DNA of 64,000 nucleotides from a phage: NCBI GenBank assembly GCA_023732985.1, contig GCA_023732985.1_3946.1; one strand, 5' to 3'. Shown piece by piece: positions 26,694 to 34,918 of this stretch (position 1 is its first letter; each line of letters starts with the position of its first letter). The notes under the pieces were generated by a model. It saw only the letters and a program-made list of their open reading frames with translations, ran no database searches and was not told where the DNA came from. The position numbers and the translations under genes were made by a program.

Positions 26694-27074
26694 ATGGCTT
26701 ATCGTGCACCGAAATTCATCAACAAAGACAACTTTCGCAACGTACTGGAGAAGGCACTTGATGAAAAATTTAAAGGTAACATTATTATTGTTCACTCATT
26801 CAATTTTAAGTATGACATCAACGGGAATAAAATCAACCATTACACGGCAACAATGATAGACGGTACGTTATCAAGTGAAAAAGCCGTACTGAATGCACTT
26901 GCTGGACGTGGTAAAAACCTGATAAGCTGCAATAAGAGACGTTATCAAGGTGGCGCATATGGTTATGATGATGCTGTTTACCATCTTGAAAATATGGGCT
27001 ATTCAGTGGAGAAAGCTGGAGCGTCTCAAATAATTGGTAGTGATGGTTATGTGACAATATTCAAAATTAACTGA
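26694..27074 (+). CDS. hypothetical protein (array ORF 3)
   Basis: type A leader. Confidence 0.5.
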   Translation: MAYRAPKFINKDNFRNVLEKALDEKFKGNIIIVHSFNFKYDINGNKINHYTATMIDGTLSSEKAVLNALAGRGKNLISCNKRRYQGGAYGYDDAVYHLENMGYSVEKAGASQIIGSDGYVTIFKIN

Positions 27075-27081
27075 TAAAGTA

Positions 27082-27162
27082 CTTTACAAGGGGCTTATAG
27101 TTCGATAAAGTAAGCCCCAGATAAAGAGCTTTACCACTCAATCCTAAATTGGAGATTCTAAA
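27082..27162 (+). promoter_or_regulatory. leader module type A
   Basis: hairpin 27090-27118 plus conserved initiation region. Confidence 0.55.
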
Positions 27163-27420
27163 ATGGCTATTATCAAAAACGTTGTAGTTCCTGCAAAAAC
27201 TCGTGATGACGCTCGCATCATGGCGAAAAAGTTAGGCGGGAAAGTTGTTGACAACGGAAAACAATCTGCTGTAAGATGGGGCGTAAAGGTTGATAAACAG
27301 TTAACCCTAAAACGCAGTTCAAACAACCTTTTTAAAGGTGTAAAATCACTCGGTAAAGTGAATGTTTTCACTAAAAAAGGTTATAAAATGCACTTATCAT
27401 TAACTGGCAATTTAATCTGA
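27163..27420 (+). CDS. small basic hypothetical protein (array ORF 4)
   Basis: type A leader. Confidence 0.5.
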   Translation: MAIIKNVVVPAKTRDDARIMAKKLGGKVVDNGKQSAVRWGVKVDKQLTLKRSSNNLFKGVKSLGKVNVFTKKGYKMHLSLTGNLI

Positions 27421-27427
27421 TAAAGTA

Positions 27428-27508
27428 CTTTACAGGGGGCTTAAAAGTTGATATCTTAAGCCCCAGATAAAGAGCTTTACCACTAAATCCTAAACTGGAG
27501 ATTCAAAA
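27428..27508 (+). promoter_or_regulatory. leader module type A (variant stem GGGGGCTTAA/TTAAGCCCC)
   Basis: hairpin 27435-27464; stem preserved by compensatory changes. Confidence 0.55.
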
Positions 27509-28021
27509 ATGAAAACTGTAGACGCTACTTTTGAAGTTGTAAAAGAAAAATTCACTATTGTTTATGAAGCTGTTAATTGCTTCGAAGCAAGCCATAATCT
27601 CGATAATTGGGAGTTTACAGATGACCATCAAGGCGGTGTGACTATTAAAAACCCCAACTGTCAGCGTAATGATTTTAAATATGCAACCCCTTTGCATTAC
27701 AGCCTTAAACAGCTTTCAAGTGACTATGCAAAACAGGGCCGGGAAAATCCATCAAAAGAGGCTTACACCAGCTTACAGAAAGAACTAGAAAGAGATTTAG
27801 AGGCTTCAGAATACAACCTTGCCGCGAAAGTTGTCGATGCAAATGGTCAAACAATTTTAGATAGTTTTTATATTGGTTACGCTTTCGATTGGTGCTATAG
27901 TGACGGCGATGATTTAGAGGATAGACTAAAAGAAGAGGTGAGCAATTCAGACGCAGAATCTGAAGTATTAGAACGTTTGGAATCATTAAAAGACTCAGTG
28001 ATGAATATCTTTAAGAACTAA
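27509..28021 (+). CDS. acidic hypothetical protein (array ORF 5)
   Basis: type A leader; Asp/Glu-rich. Confidence 0.5.
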   Translation: MKTVDATFEVVKEKFTIVYEAVNCFEASHNLDNWEFTDDHQGGVTIKNPNCQRNDFKYATPLHYSLKQLSSDYAKQGRENPSKEAYTSLQKELERDLEASEYNLAAKVVDANGQTILDSFYIGYAFDWCYSDGDDLEDRLKEEVSNSDAESEVLERLESLKDSVMNIFKN

Positions 28022-28029
28022 AGAGATTT

Positions 28030-28108
28030 CTTTACACGGGGCTATCAAGCTGATAAGATAGCCCCAGATAAAGAGATTTATCAACTGTCCTAAACTGGAG
28101 ATTCAAAA
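28030..28108 (+). promoter_or_regulatory. leader module type A (variant stem GGGGCTATC/GATAGCCCC)
   Basis: hairpin 28038-28065; stem preserved by compensatory changes. Confidence 0.55.
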
Positions 28109-28405
28109 ATGAAACTATCAAATAAAGTCCGTGAAAATCTAAGCAAGTTACTTAATAAAATTGATTTCATTGAAACATCAAGGAATAGTCATGATGTTAT
28201 GGAATGGTTACACGGAAAAATCAAAGGCCGTCGTGTAGTGATTTGCTTATGGAATAGTTGCAGGGAGTATAAAAAACCTGTATTGCAAGTCAATATTTAC
28301 GATGATACTTTTAAAAGCCCTGTAAAGTCTAAAAGCGATTTATTAGAATCTTATGAGATAACTGTAAGTGGCAAAGTATCACGTAAAGAGGAAACACCAT
28401 GTTAA
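28109..28405 (+). CDS. hypothetical protein (array ORF 6)
   Basis: type A leader. Confidence 0.5.
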   Translation: MKLSNKVRENLSKLLNKIDFIETSRNSHDVMEWLHGKIKGRRVVICLWNSCREYKKPVLQVNIYDDTFKSPVKSKSDLLESYEITVSGKVSRKEETPC

Positions 28406-28731
28406 TGACTGGTATCACTGCAATCATTGCCATTTTCGCGCTATATAAGGCATATAAAGCCTATAATCTAGCAAATAAGGCAATCACACAGCAGGTTAGC
28501 AATAACCTTGTAGAAAGCTTTCTAGGACGTCTCAGTGATGAGCAAATAAAGCGGCTAGAGATGAGCTTCAGATATAAAGCCAAAACCTATCAGATAAGTG
28601 ACATCTTCAAAGATGATTTTCAGTTAGTTGATGATTATAATTCTCTGATAAATGCTTTAAACATCAGTGACTTGAAAGACTATCATGCTGTAATTGTTCA
28701 AGAGTTGAGCAAACGAAAACAAAATTCTTGA
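28399..28731 (+). CDS. hypothetical membrane protein (array ORF 7)
   Basis: overlaps upstream stop; N-terminal hydrophobic helix. Confidence 0.5.
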   Translation: MLMTGITAIIAIFALYKAYKAYNLANKAITQQVSNNLVESFLGRLSDEQIKRLEMSFRYKAKTYQISDIFKDDFQLVDDYNSLINALNISDLKDYHAVIVQELSKRKQNS

Positions 28732-28819
28732 CACTGATTTTTAGATAGATTAAATTACACATCAACGGGGAGGGAATGACCTTCCCCACTAAATAAAATC
28801 CTAAACTGGAGATTCTAAA
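28728..28819 (+). promoter_or_regulatory. leader module type B (promoter, 5' hairpin GGGGAGGG...CCTTCCCC, conserved initiation region)
   Basis: TTGACA-17-TAAATT at 28728-28756; hairpin 28767-28787. Confidence 0.55.
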
Positions 28820-29092
28820 ATGTATACTACTAACAACGGTCGCACTTTAAATGTCACACTACGTCACTATGTAGATGGTGTCATGCACTTTGAAGACTTA
28901 CAAGCTGAACAACATATCTTAGATTGGCAAGTCGCAGGACTCCAAAAAACTGCTACCGGATACGGTAAAAAGATTCCAACCAGTTGGAAAGTACACTATG
29001 AAGGCCGTTTGCGCAGAATTTATCAGGATGTGCAAAGCAATAGTGCATCGAGTTACATTATAGTAAAAGGTAAAAAACTGCATTTAGTGTAA
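28820..29092 (+). CDS. hypothetical protein (array ORF 8)
   Basis: type B leader. Confidence 0.5.
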   Translation: MYTTNNGRTLNVTLRHYVDGVMHFEDLQAEQHILDWQVAGLQKTATGYGKKIPTSWKVHYEGRLRRIYQDVQSNSASSYIIVKGKKLHLV

Positions 29093-29097
29093 AGTAC

Positions 29098-29177
29098 TTT
29101 ACAGGGGGCTTATAGTTCGATAAAGTAAGCCCCAGATAAAGAGCTTTACCACTCAATCCTAAATTGGAGATTCTAAA
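29098..29177 (+). promoter_or_regulatory. leader module type A
   Basis: hairpin 29104-29133 plus conserved initiation region. Confidence 0.55.
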
Positions 29178-29582
29178 ATGGCTATTAATAACCGTGAATT
29201 ATCAATCTTAAAAGCACGCTTGACCGTTAATCGAATCAATATCATGACGTCATCAGCGCCTGATGAAACATTGCACAACATTATCGGAAAGATTCAAAGC
29301 GTTATCTTAGACGTTGAAAACGTAAAAAGTTCATTGGCTGACGTTGCAGCAGGTATCACGCTAGACGGTGCGCAATATGAAATGGCTGACATGTTAGGCA
29401 AATCGAAGGTAATGAATAAAGAGCTTGATTTAAAAATGTTTCGATTTGCCGTGAAAGTATGGTTATCTGTCGAGTATGACGCTAATTTTGCAATCGCTGA
29501 TTTCTTTGCCACTTGGTTACAACGTAATTTGACAAATCATGATTTTCGTGATGTCTGTGATGCAATTTATGCAGAACTTTAA
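29178..29582 (+). CDS. hypothetical protein (array ORF 9)
   Basis: type A leader. Confidence 0.5.
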   Translation: MAINNRELSILKARLTVNRINIMTSSAPDETLHNIIGKIQSVILDVENVKSSLADVAAGITLDGAQYEMADMLGKSKVMNKELDLKMFRFAVKVWLSVEYDANFAIADFFATWLQRNLTNHDFRDVCDAIYAEL

Positions 29583-29591
29583 AAAATTTTG

Positions 29592-29683
29592 TTGACACTG
29601 ATTTTTAGATAGATTAAATTACACATCAACGGGGAGGGAATGACCTTCCCCACTAAATAAAATCCTAAACTGGAGATTCTAAA
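29592..29683 (+). promoter_or_regulatory. leader module type B
   Basis: TTGACA-17-TAAATT at 29592-29620; hairpin 29631-29651; near-identical to the 28728 copy. Confidence 0.55.
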
Positions 29684-29881
29684 ATGGCTATTATTAACGG
29701 CTTACACATTGAAACAACTCACATCAAAGATATTAAAGTTGGTGATGTAGTCCTTTCCCACGGAGTAGAAAAAACAGTCACTGCAAAGGATATCAAAGAT
29801 GATTCTTTCATGGGTAGAACTCTCTTCGGTGATTCTTATTGCTTAGGTTATCTTGCAGTTTTAAAAGTTGTCAAAAATTAA
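29684..29881 (+). CDS. small hypothetical protein (array ORF 10)
   Basis: type B leader. Confidence 0.5.
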   Translation: MAIINGLHIETTHIKDIKVGDVVLSHGVEKTVTAKDIKDDSFMGRTLFGDSYCLGYLAVLKVVKN

Positions 29882-29893
29882 CTGATAAAGTAC

Positions 29894-29974
29894 TTTACAA
29901 GGGGTTTATAGTTCGATAAAGTAAGCCCCAGATAAAGAGCTTTACCACTAAATCCTTAAACTAGGAGATTCAAA
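29894..29974 (+). promoter_or_regulatory. leader module type A (stem with G-T wobble)
   Basis: hairpin 29901-29929, GGGGTTTA/TAAGCCCC; the mismatch is a G-U pair only in RNA. Confidence 0.55.
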
Positions 29975-30517
29975 ATGAAATGCTTTCACGGTACTACTCA
30001 AGAAAACTTTATCAACCTGATTAATAACGGTGATAAACCATCAGGTGTATGGAATTGTTCGGATATGGACGGCAATTTTTACGTGTACCCAGAAAATAAA
30101 CTCTATGGTGATGATGAGGAAGAGATAGCATCGGAAGGTATCCAGCAAGCTCTAGGAAATGCCACTATCACGGCAGCTTTTCAGATGAAAACTCAAAATA
30201 TTGTTATCTTAGAACTCGACATTCCAGAGGATGAGCTAAATGATGATTATTCTTGTGATAACATGTCAAATATAGCAAGCTTTACAGAGTACTTTGATGT
30301 AAATTGGATTAAAAAGGTCTATACAACAGAGTTCAACGCTATGTATTCACCTTTTTGTCTCCCTTCACTGGATAACCCAAATTTAAATTATCTTGATGAA
30401 ACATTGGAGCTACTTGCTAAAAGTATCCAACAATCCGACAGTATTCAGGTTTTTTGTGACATCATGGATACACTGACAGAAAACATTGTAGAGAGTGATT
30501 TAAAGGTCTTTTTCTAA
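29975..30517 (+). CDS. acidic hypothetical protein (array ORF 11)
   Basis: type A leader; strongly acidic 180 aa; followed by terminator. Confidence 0.5.
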   Translation: MKCFHGTTQENFINLINNGDKPSGVWNCSDMDGNFYVYPENKLYGDDEEEIASEGIQQALGNATITAAFQMKTQNIVILELDIPEDELNDDYSCDNMSNIASFTEYFDVNWIKKVYTTEFNAMYSPFCLPSLDNPNLNYLDETLELLAKSIQQSDSIQVFCDIMDTLTENIVESDLKVFF

Positions 30518-30550
30518 AAACCTATACATTCACCTTATAAACACTGATTA

Positions 30551-30570
30551 ACCCCTTACAGGGGCTTTTA
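30551..30570 (+). terminator. intrinsic terminator
   Basis: CCCCTTACAGGGG stem followed by CTTTT. Confidence 0.45.
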
Positions 30571-30583
30571 GAGGGCTTAAATC

Positions 30584-30817
30584 ATGCTTACAACCATTTA
30601 TCTCATCCTTTCTATCTGTAGTGGTCATTCATGTGACTTTAAAGGGCTTGAAGAGTTTACAGGAAGTAAAGAAAATGCTATTCAGGTTTGCCAGATAGCA
30701 AGACAAGACTATCCCGCCAGTGATGACATGCAATGCTACTTTAAGACAGAAGATGAAGAAGGCATTTATTTTGATAGTGTTGACGGTCAATATGAAATTA
30801 TCATTGAAAAAGACTAG
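30584..30817 (+). CDS. small hypothetical protein (array ORF 12)
   Basis: ORF without the conserved leader. Confidence 0.45.
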   Translation: MLTTIYLILSICSGHSCDFKGLEEFTGSKENAIQVCQIARQDYPASDDMQCYFKTEDEEGIYFDSVDGQYEIIIEKD

Positions 30818-30849
30818 ACAAGCCTGATAAAAGCTTGTAGAGTGTCAAT

Positions 30850-30908
30850 CAACGGGGAGGGAATAACCTTCCCCACTAAGTAAAGTCCTTAAACTAGGAG
30901 ATTCTAAA
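30850..30908 (+). promoter_or_regulatory. leader module type B (hairpin plus initiation region)
   Basis: hairpin 30854-30874 plus CCTTAAACTAGGAGATTCTAAAATG. Confidence 0.5.
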
Positions 30909-31250
30909 ATGGCTTATGTAACTGTAATTACCGATAAAGAGAATTCATCTTGGTCAACTCAGGTTAGTGATAAGATGTCACCTATGCAGTGCCTAAAATA
31001 CTTTGAGCAGTGGAACAAAGGCGAGGATGTAAGCCCCTTTCAGGTAATGCAAATCATCCATACAGATAACGAAGGGAATAAAACGACACTGAATAGTGAG
31101 TACTATGCAAGCCGTTTTGAAACGAGAAGTAAAACAATGAAGCTTTTACGTGAATCCGGCTATTCTCACATTGCCGCGCTAATATGGGATGACCTGCTGA
31201 AAAGCCAGCGTATCAGCTATGTAAAACCTGAAAAAATATTCATCAGTTAA
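30909..31250 (+). CDS. hypothetical protein (array ORF 13)
   Basis: type B leader. Confidence 0.5.
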   Translation: MAYVTVITDKENSSWSTQVSDKMSPMQCLKYFEQWNKGEDVSPFQVMQIIHTDNEGNKTTLNSEYYASRFETRSKTMKLLRESGYSHIAALIWDDLLKSQRISYVKPEKIFIS

Positions 31251-31379
31251 TCAATAACTTATAAAAAACTTTAAAAAATTACTTGACGATACCCCTTGAC
31301 AATAGTACATTTGTTCGAGGGGGTTTATCTAAAAGGGATTCACTTAAAAGATTCTTTATAGATAAACTTAAAAAATTGC

Positions 31380-31408
31380 TTGCAATCATCTTCCAAAAAC
31401 TTTATAGT
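31380..31408 (+). promoter_or_regulatory. sigma70-like promoter
   Basis: TTGCAA, 17 bp spacer, TATAGT. Confidence 0.45.
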
Positions 31409-31450
31409 TTATCTCAAGCAATAATGCTTTCCTAAACTGGAGATTCAAAA

Positions 31451-31981
31451 ATGAACAAGTTCAAAGCTATCAACTACATTCGCTCAAATAGTGTCATGTC
31501 TAAGCCTGTTAAGGATACCTACGAATTTCGTTGCAATGGCGAACACTTTGCTACCATCACCAAATCAAACAACGGGGCTTATTATATCCATCGTCGTAAT
31601 GTTTCTACGGTTGTAGTTTCTAACTTTATGCAAGCTGTAGCGGAACTCCTCCCGCTCTTCTTAGAAAAGTATGCCGTACAGTGTGAAAGTGTTCGTGAAT
31701 GCACTAAAACAGTGTTAAACGGTTATCGTATGGCCTATGAGCGCTCTTTAAAGAATCTCAATAAATACTACAAAGCACCGGAAGGTACTTCATCCACAGC
31801 CTACGGGGTAGGGGGCTTCAATGTCAGCCTTTACGAAGTGGAAGAAATCGAGCTTTATGACCATCGCCCAAATGGTTACGCTAAGACACTGGGAGATGGG
31901 TTAATGCTGAATATCAAGAACTTAGAAAAAACTTTAAGAGAAATTGAAAAAGATATTGACGAGACAATCAAAAGTCTGTAA
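31451..31981 (+). CDS. hypothetical protein (array ORF 14)
   Basis: conserved initiation region CCTAAACTGGAGATTCAAAAATG. Confidence 0.5.
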   Translation: MNKFKAINYIRSNSVMSKPVKDTYEFRCNGEHFATITKSNNGAYYIHRRNVSTVVVSNFMQAVAELLPLFLEKYAVQCESVRECTKTVLNGYRMAYERSLKNLNKYYKAPEGTSSTAYGVGGFNVSLYEVEEIELYDHRPNGYAKTLGDGLMLNIKNLEKTLREIEKDIDETIKSL

Positions 31982-31989
31982 ATTATCAA

Positions 31990-32046
31990 TCAACGGGGAG
32001 GGAATAACCTTCCCCACTAAGTAAAGTCCTAAACTGGAGATTCAAA
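31990..32046 (+). promoter_or_regulatory. leader module type B (hairpin plus initiation region)
   Basis: hairpin 31995-32015. Confidence 0.5.
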
Positions 32047-32310
32047 ATGGAACACGTAGAACTGACCACACTCTTACAAATCGCAACCGACAAGGAAGAC
32101 GTAGCATTATTTCACCGTATCGAAAGTGATTTGTTCAATGGTGAAATCATCAAAGAATCTTACGAAGTTGTCGGATTCAAAGATGGTAAAGCATTTGGCT
32201 TTTTTGACCTCGACAAAAGCAAAGCGGTTACAAAGTACGATGTTCTATCTTGTGAGATTCTTACAAAATACAACGAAAAAAGGCTTGCAACATACGCCAA
32301 CATGCAGTAA
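32047..32310 (+). CDS. small hypothetical protein (array ORF 15)
   Basis: type B leader. Confidence 0.5.
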   Translation: MEHVELTTLLQIATDKEDVALFHRIESDLFNGEIIKESYEVVGFKDGKAFGFFDLDKSKAVTKYDVLSCEILTKYNEKRLATYANMQ

Positions 32311-32317
32311 ATTACTA

Positions 32318-32375
32318 ATCAACGGGGAGGGATGACCTCCCTACTAAATAAAACCTTAAACTAGGAGATTCTAAA
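32318..32375 (+). promoter_or_regulatory. leader module type B (diverged hairpin)
   Basis: GGGGAGGGATGACCTCCCTAC plus conserved initiation region. Confidence 0.45.
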
Positions 32376-32624
32376 ATGGCTACTATCCGCGCAACTGTTA
32401 ACGAATTCGGCTTTTGCTCTCTGGATGTTAAATTTGACCTTGTAGGTACTGATAACGCCTTTGAGATGGTGAAAGGTCTTATCAGTCAAACCATCAAAGA
32501 CTATAACCCTTCTGATGAGTTCTGGAAAGAAACAAAACAGGAAGTTCTCAAAGATGGTTATTCTTATCACTATTGGGGTGAAAAAATTGTCTCCCTATAC
32601 TACGACAAAGAGGGCACTAACTAA
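32376..32624 (+). CDS. small hypothetical protein (array ORF 16)
   Basis: type B leader; last plus-strand gene before the ORF-free region. Confidence 0.5.
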   Translation: MATIRATVNEFGFCSLDVKFDLVGTDNAFEMVKGLISQTIKDYNPSDEFWKETKQEVLKDGYSYHYWGEKIVSLYYDKEGTN

Positions 32625-32634
32625 TCGACGCAAC

Positions 32635-32688
32635 GGGGCTAAATAGCCCCAGATACCTTAAAAGCTCCTTCTCATAGGGGCTTTTTTT
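32635..32688 (+). terminator. hairpin plus T-tract, terminator-like
   Basis: GGGGCTAAATAGCCCC hairpin, then ATAGGGGCTTTTTTT. Confidence 0.4.
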
Positions 32689-32699
32689 ACGTCTATAAA

Positions 32700-34280
32700 G
32701 AATCCTTTCCCTTTCCTTTCCAGAATCTACCCCCACTGATTCGATAGAGACTATCTCATACCTTAAAAGCAATAACTCTATAGTCTATTCTATAGCCCCT
32801 TATCAAATCAACTTAAATAAAAGCCAATAACCCCAGAAAGGGGATGGCTCATTTAAACGCTCTATAAAGCTCTATAACAGCCTTATCAACCTAACTTAAG
32901 GGATTGCATTAACCCACTCTAAAAAGCCCTTTATAAAGCTTCCTATAGCCTTAAAAGAATCTTATAAGGGTGAAAGTTTATAGGCTGGCTAGTATCTTGT
33001 GAATAACTAAACAAACCCCTTGATAGTCACTAAAAAGTATGTTATAGGGGCTATAAAGTTACTTCAAAGTAACGTAAAAAAGGCTATAAAGTTACGTAAA
33101 TGCTAGCCCCCTTAACATTTTCTTAACAATTTCTTAACAATCCCTACATAGTTATGCTTTTAAGGCACTTGTTAGAGACATGTTAGCCCCTTGTTAAATC
33201 TCTGTTAAGACCACGTAAAAGCCTTGTAAGAGTCTTTGGCATAGCCTTTAAAGCCTCTGTAAAGCCCTATAAAGAGGTGTCTGTATAGTTGGGGTGTAAT
33301 TACTAGGAAGAGACTTAAAAGAGCTTACAAGGAGCTATAGAGAGCTTTTAAGAGGGCTATTTAGAGAATCACTAAGAGGGAAAGGGAACGATAAGAAAAG
33401 AGATAGTGACCATGTTAATAGCTTGTTAAAAAGATTAAACACTTGTTAGGAACTTGTTAATTATCCCTACAAAATAACTCTTTAAAATTAACTTGTTAGC
33501 TCTCGTTAGTTATCTGTTAAGATTCTGTAAAGACTATTCAGCACTTGTTAGAAAACTGTTACAGCCTTGTTAGTTCTGTTAAGAATCTGTTAAGACCTTT
33601 GAAGAGTTGTTAAGAGCTTGAGAGAGTTGTTAAGGAATTGTTAATGATATTTTAAAATTTTGCAAAGTACTTGTAAGGGAGCTGTTAAGGGCTACCAAGC
33701 AGATATACATCTTCTACAGATATTTTTCAGTCCCTTCAAAGACCCTAAAAAATGACTTGATAGTCCTATTTTATAAAAATTTTAAAATTCTGAATAATTA
33801 CCTATACAGTCTTTTAAAAATACAGGTAGAAACAGGCTTATAAGATACCTTGTTAGTACCGTGTTAGACCTTGTGAGATAAGGTCTGTAAAGATATTCCT
33901 GTTAAGTTTGTTAAAACAGTCTATATAGAGGCTTAGTAATACCTAGTGAACACCTATAGAGAGTGTCATAGCTGACATAGAGATTAAGAGGTGTATAGGA
34001 GCTTCTAAGAGGGTATAGAGAGATGGTTAAGGTGATTGTATAGGTTGTTAAGAAGGCTTGTTAGAAGAGTGTTTAGAAGGCTTGTTAGAGGGCTAGTTAG
34101 AAGGGTTATACAGAGGGCTATTAAGCCCACTAGATAGTTACTAAGATACTATATAACTATATAGAGAGTAAGATTAAGAAGGATGTTAAGAAGGATAGAT
34201 ATTTTTATTCACATATGATGGTGACCCAGAGGTTGGGACAACCGATAAAATTTTATAAAAAATATAAATTTCGTAAATTT
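32700..34280. repeat. ORF-free region dense in short direct repeats (iteron-like)
   Basis: no ORF of 60 aa or more in any frame; dozens of TTGTTAAG/TTGTTAGA words at 8-15 bp spacing, GCTATAAAG repeats, tandem AGGCTTGTTAGAAG units. Confidence 0.7.
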
Positions 34281-34324
34281 TACTCAATAAAAAGCCCCCA
34301 ATTAAGGAGGCTCTTAAGATATTT

Positions 34325-34918
34325 TTAAATCAGTGTTTCCAGAACTGTTTTTAGTGATGACTTGGTTGTCTGATAAAAATGAGTAAAGCCGTTGTTGTTA
34401 TCAAATACCTGCATCATGATATCATCTCCCTTGATTGGGTACACTCGGATATCATAGTGAAAACCATTAAAGACACAAGAACCACTACAGAATGCTCTAA
34501 AGTCATCTACTGAGATATACTCTTCATGACCTGTGATTTTTATACAAACACCTTTACTCGGTCTCTTAGGATTAATATCTTCCATCACAGACATACTCTG
34601 TCCACCAAGAGATACCATAGTGACCACTTTACGGTTCTTCTGTTTAAAGTACATCTTAACTTTCTGTAAAGTGTCTTCATAGAACGGATACGACTTCTCT
34701 ACAAAGATTCCTTCAAGTGGCTCTTTACCATTTTGAACCTCTCTGTAACCCCGTACTGCAAAGATAATTTGTTCTAACCTATTAAGGCTTTCTTCGTAGA
34801 GTGCTCCACGAATATCATTCCAGTCAAGGACTAGGTAGTTACCTTCAACTTCTTTTAAGTTATCTTTTTCCATAGCTATCACACCATTATCGTAAGACTT
34901 GGTAATCTGGGACTGCAA
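34325..34918 (-). CDS. hypothetical protein
   Basis: first ORF of the minus-strand block; terminator-like hairpin plus T-run at its 3' side. Confidence 0.5.
   Translation of the reverse strand: MQSQITKSYDNGVIAMEKDNLKEVEGNYLVLDWNDIRGALYEESLNRLEQIIFAVRGYREVQNGKEPLEGIFVEKSYPFYEDTLQKVKMYFKQKNRKVVTMVSLGGQSMSVMEDINPKRPSKGVCIKITGHEEYISVDDFRAFCSGSCVFNGFHYDIRVYPIKGDDIMMQVFDNNNGFTHFYQTTKSSLKTVLETLI

Noticed and set aside
26130-32640. Regularly spaced ~80-90 bp repeats looked superficially like a CRISPR array
   Set aside because: The repeats are too long, carry promoter and ribosome-binding features, and the intervening segments are 200-540 bp protein-coding ORFs, not 30-40 bp spacers.
32700-34280. 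Considered whether the repeat-dense region is a CRISPR array or a simple tandem satellite
   Set aside because: Repeat units are only 7-9 bp with irregular spacing and several distinct word families; no CRISPR-length repeats or uniform spacers.
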